From Histomonas meleagridis 2922-C6/04-290x (Eukaryota > Protista > Parabasalia): a stretch of 64,000 bases of DNA. The translations under genes and the position numbers were made by a program. Every line of letters starts with the position of its first letter. Position 1 is the first letter of the stretch. The notes beneath the pieces are model-generated. The model was not told the origin of the DNA and searched no databases. It worked only from the letters and a program-made list of their open reading frames with translations. The DNA is taken from NCBI GenBank assembly GCA_020184695.1, contig JAANOX010000179.1, positions 1 to 64,000 of the forward strand, read 5' to 3'. This document shows, one piece after another, positions 1 to 10,700 of the stretch.

Positions 1-142
1 TGTGAAAATACTGATAATTTTATATGTAGTGGATTTTTCAGAAAAGCAGAATACTTCATTGGTAAAAATTGGAAATTTCTGACAAAGAATTTGTGATTAA
101 TACGTGTGCTCTTATTATTAACATATTAAAAAATTCAATAAC

Positions 143-1629
143 TACAGTTAGGGATTTAAACGTGTCCCAGGAATCAAAGTGGTCCCATACGTTAAAATAC
201 GTTAATAGATAATCTTTAATAAAACCTCATTTTTCTCAATGTTAACATTAACACCAACAATGCCACTAGATGAAATAAACAAAAATTAGATACTATTGGT
301 ATTTCTCAAAGATTTACTCGATCATTATTAAGGAATCCAGACTTCATGAACTTAGAATATAAAAATCATCAGCTTTGTTTTCTCTACAAATATGCATCTG
401 AATTCGATGATGTTACTTTCACTTTTAATCAACTAGCATTCATCTTTAATATGTGCCGTAAAACTGTATCTAGAAGTATTTCAAACCGCCCACAAGGTTC
501 AAAACCTTTAGGTCGACATAGAGCATTTAATGAAGATAAAGGAGAAATAATTGTTTAAGCAATTATTGATTCATTTAATGAAGGTCATGCAATGACCCAA
601 AGGCAGTCATTATCTTTTATCAAAGAAAAATTTGATTTATCTTTAACAAAGGGATGGATAAATCAATTTTATCTTAGAAATATAGATAAAATTAAAAATT
701 GTAGATCACTTCCTCAAGAAGACACAAGAATGACAGTTCCTAGAGAGCATTTAAGAGAACACTTCCAAAACATGCATAAACATGTGGATGGAAGGTTAAC
801 AGAATTAGTTTTTAATTTAGATGAAGTCGGAACTTCATCTTGGGAAGATCGAAAACCGAAGAAAGTTTTTGTTGATACTAAAATTTACTCAAACAATGTT
901 CATCATTCTTCAACAAGAAAAGTAACTCATATGACACTCCTTACATGTGTTTCAGCAGCAGGTGATGCTCTTACTCCCATGTTAATAACCAAACACTTAT
1001 ATAGTGATGATTTATGGAAAAACGGTTTACGACAATATGAAGATGTAATGATTCGTATTCGAAATCCATCTTACGTTGATTCTGAGTTATTTAATGAATA
1101 TATTAATGATGTATTGATTCCACATGTCAAATGTGTAAGAGAAAAATATGAAGTTGGAGAGTATGAAGCAATTTTATTGATGGATTCATTTGGTGCGCAT
1201 TGTGACGTTGATATTTTAAAAGTTATTGGAGAAAATAAAGTAATTGTTTTATGTTTTTCTTCCCATACCACAAACATTTTCCAAGCCCTTGATTTGTCAT
1301 TATTTGGCGTTTTTAAAAAAATCAAAAATACTGTTAAAGATGAAGAAAGCCAAAAAATGGTGAAAAATGCAATAATTGTCATATCAAAGGCATACGAGCA
1401 GACCACAACATCATTTAACATTCATGAAGCTTTCAGAAGGGCAGGAATAAGTACTAAAACTGTTGCTGGTAAGAGAGTTGTCGAATCTGTTGCCAAAGAG
1501 CTGGTTTCGAATCCGGGATTTCATGAACTTCGGAATTTTAATATAAAAATCGATGAAGTCAAAAAGAAAAAACAACATACTTTCCCAAGCCTCTTGAGGA
1601 GTCATTTTCTCTCGATTGATAAGGTATAA
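143..1629 (+). mobile_element. Decayed pogo/Tc1-like DNA transposon (HTH + DDE_1-type transposase), right end missing
   Basis: ORF 592-1629 has VFNLDEVG, LLMDSFGAH and FQALDLSLFG motifs. The upstream HTH-like ORF 346-558 is separated by a stop/frameshift. TA|CAGT at 143-148 resembles a Tc1/pogo left end. No matching right TIR was seen. Confidence 0.75.
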
Positions 1630-2483
1630 TCCCTTATGAGGCCAAAAGTTGTTATGTTGATCAATTACCTCATCGATGGTAGATCTACCGGTTTTGGCTT
1701 GATCAAATGTTAACCAAAATCGTTCGATTTTGGCATTTTCCTCAGGGGTATTGAGGTGAATTTTAAAGTGCTTGATTTGATATTGATACAAGATTTCAAC
1801 AAATTCTCTTCCAACAAATTTACCACCGTTATCAGTAACAATGGTATGAGGAGTATGATTTGTTTCTCTCATAATCGAATTAATTGCCCTTTGTAAAACA
1901 ATTGATGTGCTTTGGGCAGTTTTATCATCAAGAACCTCATGATACATAATTTTTCGAGATCTATCATCGATAAAACTTATTAAGTCGTTTTGTTCTTCCC
2001 CTTCCCTTTTATTGTAATAATGAAGATCAGTGTGCCAAATCTGATTAACAAATGGCGCAACAAATCTGAGTTTATGTTCATTTTCAGGTTTATATTCTTT
2101 TTCAAACAAGAATAAATCATCACTTTCATAAACCCTTCGGATCCGGTTTCGAGAAACACTAAATCCTTTCCTTAGAATAACATCTATCATCCTTTTGTAA
2201 CCAACTCTGATTTTTAAGTGTAAATCAAAATGATATCAATCGCATTTTGTTCTACATTCTTTAAATGCCTCCCTCTTTTGAGTTTTGGATATTCAATATT
2301 ATGCTTTTGAAAAACTTTCTGAATTGAAGTGTCGGAACACCTAAAGTGAGAAGAAATTTTTCGCATAGTAATTCGCCCTTCTTCAAACAACATTTTAATT
2401 ATTAAAATATCAACTTTAGAGAGGAGTTCAAGATGGTTTCCAAAATTGAACAAAATGTCTTCTTCGAAAATTTTAATTTCCAC
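1575..2483 (-). mobile_element. IS3/IS481-like HTH + rve integrase/transposase gene, frameshifted near 2215
   Basis: IWHTDLHY, IVTDNGGKF and ENAKIERFW form a D-D-E triad. ORF 2214-2483 is HTH-like (MRKISSHFRCSDTSIQKV). The other frame at about 2190-2215 reads LKIRVGYKRMIDV, linking the two ORFs. No RT or gag nearby. Confidence 0.75.
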
Positions 2484-3177
2484 TTCCTATTCATTTTTCG
2501 TGTATAATAATGAATTTTGAAGAGTTTCAACTAGATGCTCATCAATAATTTCCTCACAAAACAAAAAAAATGTGTGATCAAAATTATTGAACTTTAAATA
2601 TCCAGCAATAAGTTTATTGACCATCTCACTTGTCACAGTGGTAGTAAGACAGGATTGATGTGGAGGATATTTATTAAAATCAAAAGAATGATCACCTGAA
2701 TCAATGTCACCATTTGCAGCTTGACTAATTGTATTTGTAAAGTTTATTACCTTGATCTATAGTATTAAAATAATCCCCAGTAAGTATTGATGCTTCTTGT
2801 ATCAATGATGTTTGAAATATCAAAAATAAACTAATAAATTAGATGATTAATTTCATGTAAATTTTTGTCATCTGCTTCATTTCGAGTATTAAAATAATCT
2901 CTAGTACGTATTGATGCTGTTGGTTTCGATTGAACATAAATTTCCATCATTGTTTGATGCTCTTGATCCATCGATTGAAAATATTTTGACACTAGCACTT
3001 TTTCAATTGATTTTGATCGTTCCCAAAAAGTAAAGTAACATTTTCGCTCACCATATATAAAAATAAGATTTATCATATATTATGTAGATATTAAAATTTG
3101 ATATTTAATATAATAGAACATAATGCGAATTGATAATGTATTGTACGTACACTACTACGTAGTATTTATACTATATA

Positions 3178-3310
3178 TGATAGTAATAATATAATGTATA
3201 TAATAGTTATAATATAATGTATATAATAGTTATAATATAATGTATATAATAGTAATGATATCATGTATATAATAGTGATAATATACTGTATATAATAGTA
3301 ATAATATATT
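3178..3310. repeat. 23-bp AT-rich minisatellite, about 5.8 copies (TAATAGTTATAATATAATGTATA)
   Basis: Units start at 3178, 3201, 3224, 3247, 3270 and 3293 (last partial), read directly from the sequence. Confidence 0.9.
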
Positions 3311-4366
3311 ATTATAATCCTGATATTAGCATATATCATACCAGGGGATCATAAAACATTCATTTAATTCATTTTTATCACTGATTTAAATATAATTTAC
3401 ACTACTATTTATTTATTATTTGATATTGTTCACACTACTATTTTGATAAATAAAACGAAATCAGAAATGTAGATTTTGATATTTGCTTATGTGATAATTA
3501 TATGAAATTTTTATTTTGCTATATAAGTCAACTAAAACCAAAGTGATAATATTATATCTTATACCTAATTACATATAGTTAATCTTTCAATTTATTAATA
3601 TATATATTGATATATATAGAGTTATTCGATGAATAATCAACTTATATTTATTTAATATAAAAAGTACTATTTATTTGACAACAAAATTGTTAATCTTAAT
3701 TTTTTTTTTATATAAGATACATTTTATGATAATGTGATATCACATATGCTATATATTTCATGAATAATATATAATAAATAAATAAAAAAAAAATACTTAT
3801 TAAACGGTTCATACATATTTTTAATCGAATTAGAATTCAAGAAAATTTTCATTATATCCTATATAATCTGTATTCATAGATTTGGTACGATAATAAAATT
3901 CTTTCAATCTTAGATATATACAAGATGATATGGAATTGAATTTTTTTATTCAATTTTGATCAATTTCAAACGGCACTTATTTTATTCAATTTTATTCATT
4001 TAATTTCACTTGGCGTAAAATGTCATTTATCAAAAAAAAAAATAATAAATTTAGGAAGCATAAACAATACAATAATTCAATAGATACGATCGTTATATCC
4101 TCATATTTTAATCTTATTAATGAGCTTAAAAACGGTTATCTCGATAATGGTAAAAAAAAGTAAATGATAAAAAATGAGAATATTCCCTTCCTTGAATTTG
4201 ATTTTCATTATCAATTCATAATTTATGATTTACAACGAAATTCACAATTAAAATATAAACAAAAAGCAATTTTATTTAATGTATTGTAAGATTTAAATAT
4301 TTGTAATATTTAAGATATCTGAATCATATTTGATAATTTTGTACGGTTTTTAAGCACGTTATTAAA

Positions 4367-5797
4367 ATGTCTAGTCGTGCTTATAAATTTAGACCAATAG
4401 AAAGAAGAACAGATGCTGGTGACATTAAAAGCAGATGTTATGACACAAGTGAACAAGCAACAGATTCTAAATTTCGTCAAAAAACAAATTATCGAATAGA
4501 TTATGTTCCCTACCCTTTAGAAAGAAGATCACCTGCGAAGGCTCCACCAACAGGTATATATATTGGTGGTGATGAAGTTACCCCCGATGATTATAAATCT
4601 AATTATCAAAGAACTTTTCATACTTTTCCTGAAACTTCAATGACAAAACCAGCTGAACCAATTCCTTCATCCAAAATTATTACTTCAGATACGGATACAA
4701 CTATTCCATTGACTACACAGCAAGAAGCAAATAATCAAATTATTCACAATAGGCCCACATATGATAATGCTGAAGCTAAACGTCGTATAGCTGATGCTCG
4801 TCGTAGTCATTTTATCAATGACGAACCCATCGATTATCATACACAATATCAAACCGATTTCCATCCGTTTGATAAAAACTACAAACCAAGTGTTATAGAC
4901 AATCAACTTCTTAAGTCATCCATAGTTTTTTCCACGCCTAAACAATATGGTCCACATCCGAATCATCACAAAAAAGAGAAAGTCCCATCCATTGGTGATG
5001 CACCTAAACCTGATCACCTCAAGATAAACTTTGATATTGGGTACTCTAAACCCAGTTATGAGACCACATATAACACATCACATCCTCAAACCAAAAATTT
5101 CACGCGTCCTGAAACAGTCAAAGCTCCTCCGTGTGCTCCATTTCCTGATTATGGTTCCACACCTCGTGATTGGATCTCTGATTATAGTGAACGATTTGTC
5201 GCGCATCCAGATTGTCGAAATATCATTGACAAAAACGATCTCAAGTCAACGCATTGGGACGTTGGACATGATCCAACAGATTACCATCGACCAGAACTCT
5301 CTGTTGCCACCACAAAACCTCGGAAAGAATTCATCGACTTACAGCAATCGAGCGAAGTGTTTAAAGGAGATGGAACAATGTCATTTCATACAACGCAAAA
5401 TGACTTAACAGGTGTATATGATAGGACGCAATCATGTCGATGTGATGCAGACGTAATAGACGCGAGATCGGATCATTTGTTTTTCGGAGGAGAGAAAACT
5501 GATTACACAACAGAAGTAAAAGAATCGCAAAAATTGGCCGGAAAAGGTAAACCTGCAAAGCCGAGCGAGAACTTGCACTTGATGAAATCAACAGGTTTCG
5601 CAAGAGGCGGAAATTGGGATACGTTTTATGGAGATGATCCGGTATCAGAGAAAAGATATAAACGAGAAAAACCTGCGCAAAAAATAGACGGAAAATATTT
5701 CATGGCAACTCACTTCGATTTGGATGCAACGGATAATAGGAAGTCATGTTATGAGACAACTTATTTCGAGGATATTTGCAAACCAAAAATTTATTAA
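4367..5797 (+). CDS. 476-aa protein resembling SAXO/TEX45-type axonemal microtubule inner proteins
   Basis: Clean ATG-to-stop ORF. Repeated short motifs (YxTxYxxDF, SYETTY, STHWDVG, THFDLD, INFDIG) in a Pro/Thr/Asp-rich background. Family call is by motif resemblance only. Confidence 0.5.
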   Translation: MSSRAYKFRPIERRTDAGDIKSRCYDTSEQATDSKFRQKTNYRIDYVPYPLERRSPAKAPPTGIYIGGDEVTPDDYKSNYQRTFHTFPETSMTKPAEPIPSSKIITSDTDTTIPLTTQQEANNQIIHNRPTYDNAEAKRRIADARRSHFINDEPIDYHTQYQTDFHPFDKNYKPSVIDNQLLKSSIVFSTPKQYGPHPNHHKKEKVPSIGDAPKPDHLKINFDIGYSKPSYETTYNTSHPQTKNFTRPETVKAPPCAPFPDYGSTPRDWISDYSERFVAHPDCRNIIDKNDLKSTHWDVGHDPTDYHRPELSVATTKPRKEFIDLQQSSEVFKGDGTMSFHTTQNDLTGVYDRTQSCRCDADVIDARSDHLFFGGEKTDYTTEVKESQKLAGKGKPAKPSENLHLMKSTGFARGGNWDTFYGDDPVSEKRYKREKPAQKIDGKYFMATHFDLDATDNRKSCYETTYFEDICKPKIY

Positions 5798-5956
5798 TTG
5801 TTTTTTATAATAAAAATCGATAAATAAAATCATTTATATAGAGTGTAAAACAAATGTAGAAGCTCAATGCATGTGCATATTTATGTAATTTATAATTCAG
5901 CGATATTATACAAGTAATATTCATTAAAAGAATCCCCATCATATTTATTTGCAAAT

Positions 5957-6838
5957 ATGCAAAGTTTAGAATTTATTTCACTTCAAGAATTAGTTATGAC
6001 AAAAAATTATATTTTTTATAATTGTAAAAATTTACAAAAAATTTATATACCAAAGTTTAATACGATGGATTTCTTAAATTCAGGTTATGAATTTTCAAAT
6101 TGTTCATCACTTGTATCACTTAAATTATCATCAATAAGAGAAATTTATGGAACAAATACATTTCAATATTGTACATCATTAAGATCAATTAATTTCTCAA
6201 GATTAACGAAAACTGGTGAAAATTCATTTTTAGGTTGTATTAATTTAATTAATGTTTCATTACAAAAAATTAATATAATTCCATCATATTGTTTTAAAGA
6301 TTGTGTTTCATTAAAGAATCTTTTATTTGAAAATGTTGATACATTAGAAGGAGAAGGACATTTTTCAGGTTGTGTTATTTTAGAAATATTATCATTACCA
6401 AAATTAGATTTAGTTAATGAGTACTCTACAAAAATATTTGAGAATTGCATAAATTTAAAAATTATTATATTGCCAAATAAACCACCTTCAACTTTTAATG
6501 AAAATATATTTATAACTACAACAATAAGTGTTTGTTTGCCTAATGAAAATTCATATGCAAATTATACATTTGATACTAATGAAAGTTATTGGAAAGGTAT
6601 AAATATTCAAATCAATGATAACTTAAAAGAAAAATGTTCGAAATTTACATATTTTCCGACAAAAGAGAAAGGAATTCCTTTTTTGATTAAAATGATTATT
6701 GGATGTTTAATTGCAGGAATCGCAATAGTTTCAGTAATTGTTTTATTGTTTTGGTTGTATCGAAAGAATAAGAAAGAAAAAGAATCACTTGAGAATATGC
6801 CACATTTAACTATTTCCATTATAGACAATGTTGTGTAA
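5957..6838 (+). CDS. BspA-like (TpLRR/LRR_5) surface protein with C-terminal TM helix, probably 5'-truncated
   Basis: Repeats of type F.NC..L..I.LP.., a TM segment MIIGCLIAGIAIVSVIVLLFWLY and a basic cytoplasmic tail. No signal peptide; LRR-like sequence continues upstream to a stop at 5915. Confidence 0.8.
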   Translation: MQSLEFISLQELVMTKNYIFYNCKNLQKIYIPKFNTMDFLNSGYEFSNCSSLVSLKLSSIREIYGTNTFQYCTSLRSINFSRLTKTGENSFLGCINLINVSLQKINIIPSYCFKDCVSLKNLLFENVDTLEGEGHFSGCVILEILSLPKLDLVNEYSTKIFENCINLKIIILPNKPPSTFNENIFITTTISVCLPNENSYANYTFDTNESYWKGINIQINDNLKEKCSKFTYFPTKEKGIPFLIKMIIGCLIAGIAIVSVIVLLFWLYRKNKKEKESLENMPHLTISIIDNVV

Positions 6839-6969
6839 AAAATATTTTTAAAAAAATGATATTTTTTTTTATTATGAGTATCTATTCATTTTTGTTAATA
6901 TACATTGTGCATAACACTTTAATTAAGGAAAGTGATCAATAATTGATCATTAAATTTTATAAAATATTT

Positions 6970-7560
6970 TTATTAACTATTTGGTTGCTGGATGTATGGT
7001 GCTTTTTGATTCATATCAAAATATTATTCATAAATGATTCGGAACATTTTATATGGTTCTTTTCCTAAAATGTTGATGAATCGTTTCTAATATTTTAATG
7101 TTATCAAGATCACCAATTGAAACTATATTTCTAGATGATAAAAAGATATTTTGCAGCTTTAAATCACGATGAATAATATTTTGTTGATGAAGTTATCGAA
7201 TACCTTGCAAAATTTGAATAAAATATAAAAGAATTTCATCTTCTGAAATTAATTTATTTTTTTGTTTAAATTTTCCGATTAATTTTGCTATTTCTCCTTT
7301 ATTTGCGTATTCCATTATAAGATAAATGTAATTTTCCTCTTCAAAATAATCAATATATCGAATAATATTTGAATGTGAAAGAAGCCTTAACTTATAATAA
7401 ATCTTTTGTTATTTCTTTAAGGGATATTTTATTTCCATTTCTATTTTTCCTAATCTCTCTATATGTTTTGCAAGTATAATATTTCCATATGCTCCTAGCA
7501 TAAGTACTTTATCTTTAATAGATGTGTTCATTGGGAAAATGCCCATCTTTATAAAGAGCA
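6970..7560 (-). pseudogene. NEK-type protein kinase pseudogene
   Basis: Minus strand reads EDEILLYFIQILQGIR*LHQQNIIHRDLKLQNIFLSSRNIVSIGDL (HRDLK at 7157-7171, in-frame TAA at 7193-7195). Flanking frames are broken and boundaries are approximate. Confidence 0.75.
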
Positions 7561-7738
7561 AATCAAACGATTATAATTCACTCAAATCAAAATTTTAACG
7601 TTTTCAAGTGAGCTGATGTTTTGGAGAATTAATTAATTGCATTTCTTTGGAATTGAATAAAATTTGACCATTATATGCTTGATTCATTGCAATGAAATTT
7701 TAAAAAGAAAAACAATTTCAATATAAACAATTATTTAC

Positions 7739-10700
7739 TTATGTACATATTTCATTAACATATTTTTCGAAAAGTTTAATCCACGTTTCTATGTTCGGTA
7801 TTTCGAGTGTGTTAGCAGACGCATTGTAGTGAAGTGTGAATTCGCCGACTTCATTAATTAATGGCATTTTACTCAGCGATTTGCTCATCAAAAACGGAAG
7901 TATCATTGGATGATTCACTATAAACGAATGAAACAAAGTCGAACATTGAATAGTTTTTAGTGGAATCATTCGCAAAATTTGTATTTGCAAAAGATCATTA
8001 AATTTATAAATACTTGGAAACACCATTCCGAGTCTAAAAACGCCCAATCTAATTGATTCAAGTTGTGAGTTTTGACTTTTTGCATTCAGATTTAATGAAT
8101 CTAAAATTAATTCATTATTAATAAATTTTGGAATAGGCTTCATGCATAAAATACATGAAGCCAAAAATGTCCCAAATCCTTGAAATGCCTTTAAATTATT
8201 TAAATTAATATTTGGAGCACCATTTATAAACATATTATTATTAAATTCGTTTAAGACCGTTAACACTTCTATCGGCTCATTCAATTCCGACGGTTGAAAT
8301 AAACAAGATATGTTCTTAACGGTCTCCATTGGAGCATTTTCCAAAAAATTATTTAATTGAAGAAAGAAATCGGACAAATTTAAACATTTCCAACATAAAG
8401 AATTAGTGAATAATAAGTCATTTGTATCAGTTTTTTCTAATTTTAAAGGAGATATTATATTCCAAATTTTATTAAAATAATTATAACATAAAAAATTATT
8501 AAAATTTGGAATTTGAAATTCATTTAAATTTGTTTCAGATAAATATAAAACAGATAAACGATAACGAACAATATTTGGATCAATTCCAGGGAAAACTTTA
8601 TGATAAAATTCATTTGGGAAGATACAAAAATAAAATGGAACGTTTCCAACTCTTTTTACAATCGAAATTGCTAAAGTTTCGTTTTCTTCGTTCCAATTTT
8701 CGTTTAAATATTTTTGATATTTATTAATAATTTCAATTTCTTTTGTTGTCGGTTGCTTAGTTTGATATATTGGAATAATTATAAATGAAATTATTTCAGT
8801 ATTCGAATTAGATGTTATTTTAATTGTAATTTTATTCGTTTCTAAAACACATTTCGGAATAATTTGTTTCTCATCAATATAAATATTACAATTAATTGGA
8901 GTTACTTGTATAAAAACTATTTTTATTGCTGATGTAAACTCAAAATTATAAAATATTTCTTCATTATCTTTAATAATTTGTTTAATAAATTTTGTTTCTT
9001 TTGGTAAAATTGATAATTTGAGAGCTTTATGCAAAAGTGGTATGATATTTTTTAATTTTATTTTTTCTGCTAAAAATGGAATTTGTTTATTATTAAAAGG
9101 AGAACTAATTTCATAAATAAATTTACGATAAACGAAAATAGAATATGTATTATTAATTTGTTGATTATTTATAAACTTCATTAAATCGAACAAATTTTGA
9201 TCAATTTTATGATTATCAATACATTGTAATAAAATTGTAAAAATTGTAACAACTGCAGTTAAAACATTTGGTTGATCATTTAAAATTACATTAAAATTAA
9301 TAATATTTTTATACTCAAATATTAATTCATCATTTAACTCGAATAAAAACGTGAACCAAATCGCTTGAACATTAATTATTAATCTTTGGTTTGCATTCAT
9401 ATAATAATTCCACAAAGGTTTCAATATTAATTCATTAGTTTTATCCACAAAATTTTTATTATTTTTTGTGAAGTTGATTAAATATGAAATAAATTGTATC
9501 GAAAATCGTAAATTTAATATATTTATACTCGAAAAATTTATTGGAATTAATTTAATTAAAACAATTTCGTTTTCATTAAAGTCATCAAATTGTATTGTGT
9601 CGCCTTTAAATAAATAAATTGGCGAATTATTATTCGGTGTAAATATATATAAATCATTAAATTGCGTTTGGAATTTATGTGGCTTATCGAGAAATTGATT
9701 TATTGGTATAAACAAAATCGCGTCGCAGTTATTCATTATGATTAAATTCGATGAATTTCCGGATTTACTTAAAATGTTTGTTGGATAATTCGAAAATGTA
9801 TTTATAGTTATCGAAAAAGGTTTAAGTGCAATTTCACATAACTCATTAAATATTTTATGTTCCGATTTAAATATCGAGTCTAAAATTGGTAAATAATTCA
9901 TTTTAGGTAACTCATTAAATGGTTCGAAATCATTTGTTTGAATATTTGTTATGGAATTTATTATAAATTCTTTTAAATTATATTCAGTGATAGCTTTATC
10001 TATTCCATAGTTTTCGATGATTTTTATCAAACAGATATTCATTATTTTATATTTTTGTGTTAAGGAAATTTGTTCGAAATAAATTTGTTTTCTTTCAGCT
10101 AAATAAAAATATGTTTTGTTTAAGTTAAAAGGTGATAAATCATAACAAAAAGTTAATGGAATTGTTTGAATGAAACGAGAATAATATAAATTAAAATCAT
10201 TTAAATTTGTGATTTCATCAATTAAACTTATGCAATTTTTAATAGGAAATAATTTCTTTGATATAGTAAATGATGAATTATTATATATAAATAATTCGAT
10301 TTTATTATCATTATCAATTTTACCAATACCAATTTTATTATTATAAAAATTATCTTTTTCATTCGAATATATTAAAAAAGGTTTATAAACATTTTTCTCT
10401 TTTATTATGTTATGATTATTTATATTAAAAATGGAAAATGAATTTTTCGTTAAAAAAGGTTTTCTTAAAAGAGATTTAATTTCGATATTATTTTTTATAG
10501 GTTTCGATATATTTAACTTTATTTTATTAAAATCAATTGTTTTATAATCGAAATAAAATGGATTTTGTCCAATATTTATAAATATACTATCTAAATTATT
10601 CACATTAAAAGTTAATATTAAATCAATTTTAGGTAATAATTTATAACTTAACTCATCAACAATTCCATTAATTATAACACAAATATAATTGTTTTTTATT

